The notes beneath the pieces were generated by a model. It was not told where the DNA came from. It worked only from the letters and a program-made list of their open reading frames with translations, and ran no database searches. Both the position numbers and the translations under genes were made by a program. From NCBI RefSeq assembly GCF_030684315.1, contig NC_081366.1:45980078-46044077 (forward strand): DNA of 64,000 bases, written 5' to 3'. Positions within the stretch are counted from its first letter, which is position 1; the number at the start of each line of letters is the position of its first letter. This stretch comes from Stegostoma tigrinum (Eukaryota). Positions 1 through 12,064 of this stretch are shown here, piece after piece.

Positions 1-2414
1 CTATAAACATCTATTCTCTTAGAGAGCTCAGCACAAATCTTGGGGTCCAAAAGTCCAGAAAACATTCTTAAGTTTTGCCTCCTATCTGTGTTGTGATTAT
101 TCCTTGGGTAGGCTCCATGAAGTCTTGCTGATGTGTTCTTTTAATACTGAAATCTTGTGTTACCTACTATATGGAAATGTTAATGCATATTTATGGGCAT
201 GTCATGAAGAAATGAATAGAAAGATGAGTAAAATCTAAACTTTAGATCCTTAGCTGAGGTGGTTTTAGGTAGTGAGGCAAGAAAGGAATAGGTTCCAGAG
301 TTGACAGGATATGGAGCAAGACAATATGGATGCAACCTTGAGTCTAAGGGTATAATTAATTATTCCAGTACAAAGTAGGAGGAATGTAAAATATTCACCT
401 GCAGTTTGACTGAAGCAGAAACCAGGCCAGGTTTTAAGAACTCCTTGAAGGAAAAGGAATACTTCTTTGAAATGGCTGAGATCATGTCAACTAATCATCC
501 AATTTAAATGCTACATAAACTTTTCTAGAAAAGTACCAGACTTATTCCATGTGGTTTTCATAGATGAGCAAAAACCTTCATCTTTAGCTAAATTATTGCT
601 GACTTGGTGCTTCTGCCATCTAGAGTGGGAAGGAGACTTATGGACAATAACGTGGATAGTGTTGGTTTTGGTGTTTGCTTTTCCAATTTGAAAAAATACC
701 ACTGGCAAAACAAAGCTGAAGAAATGTTTGAAAGCCTGTAGCAAAGGTCACATTGAGAAATGCAGAGCTGAAAATATTCAAATGCAAGTGTAAACCAATA
801 TTGAAATGACAAGACTATGCTTGGAACTACCTCAGTGCACAAGAATTTAAGAAGTTATCAGTAGATGATTTTTACACTAAGCTATAAGAAATCTAATACC
901 TGAAGAAATTCAATTTGGCTTCATGTCACCACTAATCTCTGGTCTGGTTCTAATGCTTTTCTGCCTAACTTTGTATGTTTCTGTAGTAGAAGAAATGTAA
1001 TTTTCTATTCTAGATCTCAATGACTTCTGTCTGCATTTCATTTTAATTTCTTCATGCTCCAGTGAAAGTAAATCAGGATGCATTTGACCCACTTGTCTGA
1101 ATGTGAACCAACTCCACCCATTCATTTCAGTTTGGTTCATCATGCTGTAACCCTGAAGTGTTTAACCTGTTAATCTGCTTTCAGACGCATCTGTCCAAGC
1201 TGAACTTCACCCTCCTGACAATGAGTGGAAAGGATATTAGCTTGTGATTTCAGTGGAGTAGTGAAAGTAAAATAATTCCATAGTCTTGATGGGTTTGTAC
1301 TGGTCTCCAAATGCAATGTGTAGAATCTTTCACCTTGATTGAGGTTTGGCTTTTTGTTGAAATTTGCTTGTTATCGTGCCTAATTACTTAATCTGAGAAT
1401 TTATCTAGCCAAGTTTTTGTATAGGAAAACAATGGGATGAAAGTAGAATTTGTCTACATAGAAATATTTCTTTAGAGGTGAGAGAATTGTACAAATTAAT
1501 GGTTAATTCTGAAATAAACACTGAAGAGGTCAAATTGAATTTGAATTTTACAAATGCTGCTTTTAAAAAGCCTCAGCAGTAGCCTGAATTATCTGATTTC
1601 TTACCAGTCACTAAAAGAGAATAAACGAATCAGTTTTGGTTCTCATTTATGTTGCAGGGGGGAAAGCTCACTTGAAAGTTGTTTTAAAGGCTTATTTTAA
1701 ATGACATAGCAAATCACAATGCAGTTCTGTTGAGAAAGTGATTTTACACAACTGAAAGCTTACTGTTTTGTCTTGGTGATGACATTTGTCTGAAGCTGAA
1801 CTGTTAGGCCTCAAATTTCTGCCTGGTGTATGGTTCCTTCATTAAGACAATGAACTTTGAAACAAGTAATTTGCAACATCTTTGAAGCCTTGGTTACTGC
1901 ATATGGATGGTTAGTCAGCTAAACTTTGGCCCATCTCCAGATTTGTGGCTTGGTGCTGAGCCATTCTGATGAGATTCTAGATTCAATTCTTGGTCTTTCA
2001 ACGTGGCTAATCTTGAAGTGCTGAATAAGATTACTGCAAGTTATCTTCGGCTGAACATTTGGAACCAACCAACACTAGTGTTCCTAAAGGCACTACCCAA
2101 AATTGCTAGAACAACCTATTGAGGATCTAATGGGTTGTGGTCTGGAGGAAGAGTGCAGCATATGTTTAGTCATATGTTCCTGAATTAATGGGCTTTTAGC
2201 CTGTCAGCTCAGTGTTGATAGCTTTTAAAAGGTTTGTGGAACCTTGGTCCTGCTATTGGCAACTGTGCCAGATATGGGGTAGAGTTTGCTATCACTTTTC
2301 AGCTGTAGAAAGTAAGCATCCAAATGAACATGTCTCCCAAGTCCAGTTTTGAAATTTACTGATTATAATCAAAAGTGCATATTTAGTGCTTCATCTGTGT
2401 CTTTGCTATTTCAG

Positions 2415-2586
2415 AGCTGCTGAAGAGGCCTTTATCCAGGATTCTAACGAAGATTCACCTGGAACAGAATGGGAGCGAGTAGCACGTCTTTGTGATTTCA
2501 ATCCCAAAACCAACAAGCAGTCAAAGGATGTATCGCGTATGCGTTCTGTACTGATATCACTTAAACAGTCACCATTAGTCCGCTAG
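2415..2586 (+). CDS. CLTB: Clathrin light chain, last coding exon (CLTB by synteny; upstream exons lie outside the window)
   Basis: Acceptor tttcAG at 2413-2414, phase 2. Translates (R)AAEEAFIQDSNEDSPGTEWERVARLCDFNPKTNKQSKDVSRMRSVLISLKQSPLVR*, the conserved clathrin light chain C-terminus. The symbol rests on the neighbours HIGD2A/NOP16/ARL10; the residues themselves look more CLTA-like. Confidence 0.88.
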
Positions 2587-2948
2587 ACAGATGTTAATAA
2601 CACTATCATGTGGGCTTCCTTACTGGCTCTTTGGATCCCACAATGACGGCCATTAGAATAGAAGGATGAGTGTTAGTCATTCCTGTTTGGACCAAACCAT
2701 TGTAAATTACCAGATCTGAAATGTTTATGATTTTTCCTCTTTGAATTGTTTGTGGTTCATTGTCCAATAACTCAAGTAATTGGCAGTCCTTTAAACAATT
2801 CCCTTCACTCCAGAATTTCAATGTTTAACTTTCTCAATTACTGATATCCCTACACTGTCCTTGTGTTGCATCACATGACTATTTATGCATGAATTATGAG
2901 TGCAATCTATTGGCCTTTGTTTAAAAATCATGTTGACTACACTTATGC

Positions 2949-2968
2949 ATTAAAGGTTACATATTAAA
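2949..2968 (+). terminator. Candidate polyadenylation signals (two ATTAAA) for the clathrin light chain mRNA
   Basis: ATTAAA at 2949-2954 and 2963-2968, ~370 bp after the stop codon, followed by T/GT-rich sequence. Confidence 0.4.
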
Positions 2969-3269
2969 ACACTTGTTCTCTTCAGTCTGTTTTAAAGCAA
3001 CAACCATTGTTTGAATCAACTTTGTCATTTAAACAGCCAAAAGATTCAGCCCATTTTATGATCTTGCCACCTTTTTAAAACACTTTATTCCATTCTGTTG
3101 GAGACAGGAACCTGTGATAATTAGGTTTAATTAAGTTTTTTTCTGGTTCTGCAGCTCTTGACCCAAGATAGACTTGGACTTTAATTTTCCACAGTACAAA
3201 TGTGTTGCTTTTCCAGCCCTCTTGTTCTAATCTGCCATACTTTACTAAACAGTACAGAAATATTTGTCA

Positions 3270-4340
3270 TCTAAGCATGGTTGAGAACTGGAGAATGGCT
3301 AATGTTATGCCATTCCTTAAAGCAAAGGAAAGCTTGGGAACTATAAATCAGTCTGACATCAGTGGTGGATAAGTAGGAGAGTCCTTCTGAAAGATAGATG
3401 TATTGAGAGGAAAATAATGATTAGGGATAGTCAGCACGGTTTTGTGCAAAGATGTTGTTTACTTGGACTTTTTGTAAAGCCTTCTACAAGGTTTTGCATG
3501 GTAGACCAATTAGTAAAATTGAATCACATGGGGTTCAAGGTGAACATGCCAATTGGATTCAAATTAGCTTTGTTAGGAGACATGGTGAAGGGTTGTTTTT
3601 AGGTTGGAGGCCTGCAACCAGTCATGTTCCATGGCAATCAGTACTGGGTCTACTTTTATCACATGGTTTGTATGCAAATGAGGTAATGTTTGAATGACAG
3701 AAATTAGTGATAGTCAACAGTCAAGATTACAAAGATTTAGATCCATTGGCTTAATGGGCTAGAGAGTGGCAGATGGAGTTTAATTTTTGGATGCATGCAA
3801 GGTATTGCACTTTCTTGCTTAAAAACAAGGGCAGGACTTGTACAATTGGTCAGGCCCTAAATAGTGTTGAACAGACTTGGGGGCTCAGGTATAAATCTGA
3901 AATTTGTGACAAATAAAATGTTTGGGATGCTTTCCTTCATTGCTCAGTCCTTTGGGTATAAAAGTTGGTATGTTGAGGTTATACATGGTGATGCCTGAGA
4001 TATTTTCATTGTAGGTTGAGTGAGTTCTTATTGGAGTTTAAATTCATGGGGGTTGCATAGATAAGTGAATAGCAAAGGCCTTTTCTCTTGAGGTGGGGGC
4101 ATTCAAGAATAAGGGGCATATTTAAGGGTACGAGAAGAATGTCCCAAAGGAAATGTGGGACAACCTTTTTTTAGACCATCGTTGGTCTAGAATCCACTAC
4201 CAGAGGAAGTGGTGGATGGATGTAATTACAAAATAAGTGCCATTCAGACAATTACACAAATGGGTAAGATTTCCAGGGGGTAAAGGCCAAGGTCAAGTAT
4301 GTAGGACTAGTTTATTTGGAACATGATTGGCCTGGACTAA
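3270..4340 (+). mobile_element. Degenerate CR1-type LINE, 3' part of ORF2 (RT)
   Basis: Remnants ENWRMANVMPF, IRDSQHGF, WRPATSHVP-QSVLG, EWQMEFN; many stops and frameshifts. Confidence 0.8.
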
Positions 4341-5094
4341 ACTCCCCATTCAGTTTGTGGTTTGGAAAAAATCTCATCTGTGCTCAAGATTTGAGCTTGC
4401 ATTATTGATCTTTCTTTCTGGTTGGTTCTCTTACAGTTAGGGTAACTGGATACCCAGTTTTTAAAATCCTTGTCCCAATAGTTTGCTAAATAGATCAAAT
4501 CCTGATGTTTGCCCTTTCCCCTCTCAAATACTGTCTGTCTGGGCCTAGGTAGTGGGTGAAAACTAAGCTCATCCTTCATGTCACAACTGTCTCAGACCTA
4601 ATGTCTTGCCTCTATGATCCCTTTAAGGGAGTTACTCTGCCTTGGTTGAGTTTTAAATAAATGCAGTGAAACCATTCACATAAGCTTGCCAATTTTGGCT
4701 GGGCAAATTACAAGAAAGTTGCGATGTTTCCATCTTCAGCTACCTTACTTGGATTCCTGTAACTACCTTCTATGAAGGAGTATGATCCAAATAAATTCAG
4801 TGGATTTGTCATATGACCTTGTGATGACTCATCATTCATATGAACTTCAAAAATCACAGGCTTCCAGCATGTTACTGACTTCCACTGAAATAGTGATGCC
4901 TTTTAAATAGCAGTCCAGCCACCTGGATTGCTACCCCTTTGTTAAGGGTTCAATCTGGGAGGTTGATTGAGGCTAATAATTTAGTTCCACCTCTGATTAC
5001 AAAATAGCACTACAGTGCAGACACAAATTGTTGTGGTTTTGGTCAGGTTTGAAAATAGGACTGCTTTTGACACTGGACAAGTGGAGGAAAAGTG

Positions 5095-5212
5095 TCTGAG
5101 GGGTCTAGGCCTGAAATGTCAGCTCCTAAGATGCTGCTTGGCCTGCTGTGTTCATCTAGCTCCACACTTAGATATATGTGATTCTCCAGCATCTGCAGTT
5201 CCCATTATCTCT
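5095..5212 (+). mobile_element. Short PLE 3'-end copy (family A) with a degenerate hammerhead
   Basis: ctgaggggtctaggcctgaaatgtcagc...gatgctgcttggcctgctgtgttcatc...ccagcatctgcagttcccattatc matches the terminus of the PLEs at 19050 and 29660. Confidence 0.8.
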
Positions 5213-7196
5213 CATTCTACTTCATTCCATTGGCAGGTCCAGACTTGCTTCAGTCTCCACTTCCTATGCATTGTTTCTGCCTGAGGTGGATGTTTTCTTG
5301 CCATTTTGTGCTGCTTCCAGTTGATTGTATCACTTGATAGCTGCTTCTAACTCCAAGTGATTCCACCTTTAATTCAACTTGTGGTTTAACTTTTTCCCCA
5401 CATAGATGTGCCTCAATCATTTGTATAGGGGCCTGCCAGTTTTGCTGTATCTCCAAGGTGTTTGTTTGGAAAGTGAAGCTGCACTTTAGTTATCCCTTAC
5501 ACAGTTCACCTATCAAACCTGTTTTTTTTAAGTCTCCAGCTGTCTAATGGATAGCATTTTGCCTCCTAAGGGTGCACAGAAGAATGCATGTTACTTCAAA
5601 CGGGAAGGGTTCATTTCAAAGGTTAAGCTCTTACCCAACCAGTTTGGTTTTTTCCCTTCCCATCAAGATTGTCATCCATCCTTCTGATTTTGGAGTGTGA
5701 GGGCCATGATTCCTGCTATGCTTGTTTAGCAAACACCATGTTCCAGAGTAACTTGCTCAGATATTTATGAATATTTGCACAGGAATTTGGTTTTGTAACT
5801 TTTAAGTATTGCAATGTAAATGTGCACACCTTTCCAAAAAAGACAACACCCGCAGACAACACCCTTCCTTGAGCTTAATGTTAATACAGCCAGAGTGTGC
5901 TGATTTTCAGAAGGTTAAGTGGGGGGTGGTGTGGTTAAATTATCTTTGTTGCATTTCTTATGTTTGAAAGTAGATTTTTGCCTCAACACTTAAGTTGCTG
6001 AATTTCTAACGTCTCCCATGGAGATCAGATATCTGGGTAACAGCAATGCCTTGAGTGTGAACTGAAATGTTTCTTAAGTATTGTGTAGCCACTCACTTTG
6101 AAAGATGTTTAGAGTACCTTGCATTCAAAGAAAATTTTTAGTATTTTTGTCTTCAAGCACTCATTTCTCCCCCCTCTCCCCCCCCCCCCCCCCCCATCAA
6201 AAAAAATTAACCAAATTTTTTGTTTTTACATTTGAGGTACCTCAAGCAATGATTGTGTTCATTTTTGGTAGAAATGTTAATTACCCATCCACCTTTTTGT
6301 AATTGGATTTATGTAGTGAATTAAATGATTTTAATGCAATAATTGTTTGAGGACAAACACCACCTCATCTCATGCCATGTATTCGTATTTGTGGAGTTGG
6401 TATGTAAACAGAAATGTTGGAAAACATTTCCACCATTGCACTAAGAGTGCCCTTTGATTTCCTGAGGATAAATGTTAAGCAGATCTTTGGAAGTCAGATT
6501 ATTGTGATCTACTGACCAAGTAGACGTACATTTATTTCATGTTGGTGCTATACTTCGTCTAGGTGTGGAAACATTTGATCTACCATACCTGATTTACAAT
6601 TTGATTTCTTCCATCATTCCTGTTGTAGCAGATGGAAGATTTAGTAATATGACCAGGAACTCAAGTGCTGTCCACTTTTTTATGCTTCCTTTTTTTTGGT
6701 TTACTGTTTTTTTTTGGGGGCAGGCTGCATTGCCTGTTAATACTTGGCACAGTTTAAATACGTAGAGTGACTCCTCCATATCTGCACCAACCAGATATCC
6801 TAAACTGACCTAGTCCCATTTTCCAGCATTTGATCCATATCCCTTTTTACCTTTCCTATTCATTTGAAATAAAAGGGTATTAGTTTTAAATACAACAGCT
6901 TGTGTTCTGACAGTGTCACTTACTAATTTGGTAATGCTATTTATAGGTTCTATTTTTTTAGCGTGAGACTGGATGTCAATGGCGAGGCCAGCACTTACAC
7001 CCAATCCTTAATTGCCTAGAGGGCAGTTAAGTCAGCCACATTGCAGTGGGTCTGGACTTATATTTGGGCCATATCAACCAAGGTGGCAAAAGGGGCAATG
7101 CTATTTTAAATCTACTGTCCTGCAATGAGAGGATTACTTGTAATGTCATAATAAAATGACAAATAGCGATCATAGCTATTTGCTCTTGGCAAATAG

Positions 7197-7320
7197 TGAT
7201 AATGGGAACTGCAGATGCTGGAGAATCCAAGAACAAAGTGTGAAGCTGGATGAACACAGCAGGCCAAGCAGCATCTCAGGAGCACAAAAGCTGACGTTTC
7301 GGGCCTAGACCCTTCATCAG
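7197..7320 (-). mobile_element. Solo PLE 3'-end/pLTR copy (family A) with tail
   Basis: Reverse complement matches the family-A terminus, including the tail gattctccagcatctgcagttcccattatca. Confidence 0.85.
7293..7320 (-). ncRNA. Minimal type-I hammerhead ribozyme motif, intact core
   Basis: Minus strand reads CUGAUGA-A-GGGUCUAGGCCC-GAAAC-GUC: both core boxes, stem II, a palindromic ACGU stem III and a GUC cleavage triplet. Confidence 0.75.
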
Positions 7321-8544
7321 CGATCACTTTGTTCGGTGATCATGATATAATTGAGATCCATGTTTATTTTGAAAATTTTCTTGTTGAATTTTAAACTTGT
7401 TTTCGAAATGTTAGTGTTGCAGTGATCTGACATTAATGACTTTAGGCCTAGGATGCATTTGCCATGATCATGTGGAATGGTGGTAGTATTGGCTTATCTG
7501 CATTCCTATTCCTTATGTAATTGATGTTTTGAGGGGAGACTGGGCCAAGGTTGAGTAAATAAACTGAAGTGTTTGGGCCATAATTTAAATTGGTTTCACA
7601 TGTTTCCCATCAGTGACCAATGCATTCTGATCAAATTGAATGTGAATCCTCAAACTATGGCTTTAGTTGAAGGATTATGGCAAACTTAAGTTGAAAGTCT
7701 GGCAAAAAAGACTTGAATAGAAGATTGGTTAGTAAGGTGGACAAGAGGACCTGTAGATGTAATACACTCGCATTTCCAGAAGGATTTTAATAAAATGTCA
7801 CTATATTCATATTCAAGTTGCAACTTGTGGAATTGGAGTCGGGGTGATGCTGATTATATTAGGTTCATTAACCAGAGTATGGATAAATGTTGATGTTGGC
7901 AGGTTGACTAGTGGAGTGCTGAGAGGGTCTTTACCTATTTACAGTCTACACTTACTGTCTGGCTTTTTGTCTAACTCCAATGAAGACTGCTGGGACTTGA
8001 GGCAAAATCAAGGTCAGATGGCATAAGCTGGTTCATACTTCTGAAACAAGATGGTTAAGGGCTGCTGTAATCAGTTTTTCCTAATAGAATAGATCTTCCA
8101 GTATTGCTGAAAGAGAAATTGCAAACACTTCTAATCAAATTTTGACTAGAACAATTTAAGTGAAGTTATGATTTGATTATAAAGCTACACACAATAACAT
8201 TGACCTTTTGTATCATGTGCCCAAAAAACCCATCTAGTTTGCCCTCCAAGTTTAGTAATCTGCTATCCTTACCTCATCTGGCCTGTATGGGATTTCTGAC
8301 CCATAACAATGTTGTGGTTGGCTCTTAACTGTCCTCTGAAGTGGCCTACTGGCACTGTTCAAGATCAATGCAGGGTGGGTAGTGATAACTTTCTGTGAAA
8401 GAAAGAACAAAGCCTCCCTGACTCCAAATCTCTGATTCCTCTCCTCTCCTCTTCTCTTCTCCCCTCCCCTCTCCCTGCAAACTCAGTTAAGATGGGGTTA
8501 TTTAAATTTTAACATCACTGGATTCATTTCATTTGATTAGGGCC

Positions 8545-10690
8545 TTTATGTCACTATATTGTGCTGAACATGACACCAAATGAAACTAAACCATTCTGCC
8601 TGTCCTTGATCCTTATCCTTCTATTTCTTGCACATTCATGTGCTTATCTAAAACTCCCTTAAATGCCCTTTATCTGCCTACACGAGCACCCTGGCAGTGA
8701 GTTCCAAACTCTTACTGCTTTTTTTTAAATAAAGAAAAAAGAAACTTGGCCCTTTGCATCTCATTTGAACTTCACTCCTCTCTCCTTTGCAGAGGCCCTA
8801 GTATCAGACATTTCAACTCCGGAAAAGATTCTGACTATCAACCCTGTGTATGCATTTCAATTTTATAGACTTTATCGAGTCTCCCTTCAACTTTTTGGTT
8901 GTTTTCTCTTGAATGATAGTGTTTCTAGCCTCTCCTTGCAGCTCATAGCTTCTATTCCAGGCAGCATGATAGTTAACTTGCTTTTTTTTTGTTTTTGCAA
9001 CATCTCAAGCTTCCACATTATTCCTGTAATATGGCAACCAGAACTGAATGCAATATTCTAGCCTAACCAAAGCCTTAAAACTGCATCACCCTATCCTGAC
9101 TCCTTTATCAAGTTCCCTGAGCAATAAAGGCAGGCAGGCATGCATGCAATATGCCATCTTTACCACCTTACCTATTTGTGTGACTGCTTTCAGGGAACTA
9201 TGGACTTGTATCCCAAGATGTGCTGTACAATGCTGTTCAAAGTCCAGTCATTAACTGTATACTTTTCCATTAACATTTGATCTACCAAACTGCAGCACCT
9301 CACACCCAGATTAAACTCATATCTGCCATTTCTCTGTCCCTATCTGCACCTGTGCAATATTCTACTGTATCCTTTTGACAATCTTCTACACTATCTGCAA
9401 CTCCACTGATCTTTGCATCGTCTGCAGATTTACTAACCTACCCATCTGTTTTCATCCATGTGATGTCACAAACAGCAGAGGTCCCAGCATGGATCCCTGT
9501 GGAACACCGCTAGTCACAGACCGACAGCCTGAAAAATACCCTTCCATCACTACCCTTTGCTTTCCATGGGCAAGCTAAATCTGAATCCCAGTAGCCAAGT
9601 CAGTACGGATCCCATGCATCTTAATCTTCTGGTTGGGGGAGCCTTGTCAAAAGCCTTACTAAAATCCACAAATGTTCACAGCTCTATCCCTCATCAATTA
9701 CCTTTGTCACCACCTCAAAATTCAATCAAGTTAGTATGCATGACCTGCCCTGCACAAAACTATGCTGACTGTGCTAATTAGACAATGCTTTTTCCACGTG
9801 TGTAAATTCTATCGCTAAGAATTCTCTCCCATAGCTTCCCAACCATTAATGTGAGACTCACCAATCAAGTGTTTCTTGGAAAATCTCTCTCTCACCAATT
9901 GATTAGTTTCTTGGAAAATCTCTCTCCCTCCTTGAACAGAGGAACACTATTAGCTACTTGTCACTCCTCTCAGACCTCTCCAGGGGACTAGTGAGGATTC
10001 AAAGATTTTGGTCGAGGCCACAACAATTTCCCCTCCTACCTTTCTCAAGAACCTGAGGTAGACAGTATTGGGCTTGGGGACTTATTACCTTAATGTTATT
10101 CAGGAGATCTAACACCACTTCCTCCTTGCTCTCAAAATGCCGTAGCCTATTACTATGCTCCACACAAATCTCACTATCCTCCATATCCCTCTGGAAAAAT
10201 ACTGATGTAAAGTACTTATTCAGGATCTCACACATTCTGTCTCAAAGCACAAGTTTCCTCTTTCTTCGAGTGGCCCTATCTTCCCCCTCATTATCCTCTT
10301 GTTTTTAATTTTTCTATAGAATGCTTAGGATTGTTTTTAACCCTACTTGACAAAGTCATTTTATGAGACCACCTTGCTGTGCTAATTTCCTGCTCAAGTA
10401 CTTTCCTTATTCTTCCTGGGTCTATCCAATTTTAGCTTCCTTACATATGCTTCATTTCTCCTTTTAAATTCACAACCTCTGTCATTATCCAGGGGTCCCT
10501 TACCTTGCCATCTTTGTCCTTCTTCCTTAGTGGAACATATCAGCCTTGAACTCTCATCAGTAATCTTTAAACAATTCCTACATGTCAAATGTGGACTTGC
10601 TTGATAACAGCTCCTCTCACTTAACACTCCCCAGCTCCTACCTAATACTGACGTAATTTGCCCTCCTCCAATTTCATATCTTCCCATTAA
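8545..10690 (-). mobile_element. Degenerate CR1-type LINE ORF2 fragment
   Basis: Minus-strand remnants such as CEILNKYFTSVF (ORF 9999-10235) and WLSVTSGVPQGSMLGPLLF at ~9470-9525, plus a CR1-type 3' tail. Confidence 0.8.
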
Positions 10691-11789
10691 TATTGATGGA
10701 TTGCAGTAAATGGAGCTGAGATGTACATTGTTCTAAGCAAATGGCTTGTGAGGCTAAATAGCCTATTAGTTGAACTTGTTAAAGTTATAGAACTGGGGCT
10801 TCTGATTCAGTGTGCCTACTTCAGTTTGTTATAACATCTCTGAACAATTGGAAAATATCTAAAATATAGGATTGGACTTCTTACACCATTTAAACTCAGA
10901 AGTAAAATGACATTTAAGAGGCAAGAAATATAGTCCAATTGAGACTTCATCAGGCCCCTCTTAAAATGCTACAAGTTGAGCGATGAGAAATTGGAACTGT
11001 GCATGGGTAAATGTGCACATGGCATATGCAGGGCTTGCTCCTGACACTAACCTAAGTTTGTGGTCTGCAAGCCTAACATTAGTACTGTTGTCCGAATGCT
11101 GCTTCAGTCATCATGTTTTGAGGACTGGTAAATTTGGATGTCATCCAAGTAAAGAGAGTCTCTGGAGCCATTAAAGTTATTCCACTTGGCAAGGGGGATC
11201 CACATTGCTCTCCATGTTCTTTTAAGTGTACACTTAATTTGTTTCTTCTACCACCCTTTTGGACAGTAGGTACTAAGTCTGGTACCACTACCTGTATTAT
11301 AGGTTTGGTCCTGTCATTCTGTCCGTTCATCCAAAATTTTGTTTCCTCATCCTTGTACTATTTGCAAACTTTGGCAGCATCTGTGGAGACAAGTTTATAA
11401 ACTTGAGTTGATAAAGAGTCACTGCATTTTTTTTTGTTTCCGCCCCTGTCACCATAGGTTCTGCTAGATATGTGTTTCTCCAGCTCTTTGTTTCAAGTTT
11501 CCAGCTGATTTCCCCCTCAATTTGTACACTTTTTTTAAGACCATTTGAAATGGCAATTTAGTAATAAAATCAACACTAGCAGAGGGATATCTTGTCTGCA
11601 ACTGTTTTTCCTCTCCCACCTCAAAGCTATGCTTTTGTTTGAAAGCATAAACTGTTTTTGTATTATACTATTTCAATGAATTTGCATTGGATGGAAATGA
11701 GACAAACCACCATGAATTTTTAAAATTACACTGTTTCTAAAGACCAGCTGCAAATATACAATGTTGTTTGCCAAGCACATTAGTCAGTG

Positions 11790-12064
11790 ATTACAGAACC
11801 CCTACAGTGGAAGCAGGCCATTCAGCCCCCTGACTCCACTCCAGCCCCCTGAACAGCATCACACCTAGACCCACATCACTATCATCCCTGTAACCCTGCA
11901 TTTCCTGGAGATAATCCACCTACTCTACGTGTCTTTGGACTGTGGGAAGAAACCCTTGCAGACATGGCAGATTATGTAAACTCCACACGATTGCCTGAGA
12001 CTGAAATCAAATGTGGGTCCCTGGTGTTGAGAGGTAGCAATGCTAACCATTAAGCCACCGTGCC
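11790..12064 (-). mobile_element. tRNA-derived SINE (HE1/V-SINE-like)
   Basis: Minus strand starts ggcacggtggcttaatggttagcattgct...cagggaccc (tRNA-like head); homologous to the copies at 33861 and 61028. Confidence 0.75.

Noticed and set aside
1-2400. Neuron-specific alternative clathrin light chain exon
   Set aside because: No IADKAFYQQP-like coding segment with splice sites was found by eye; it may lie upstream of the window.
9857-9925. ~34-bp tandem duplication
   Set aside because: Two imperfect units inside a decayed LINE; ordinary slippage, not an array.
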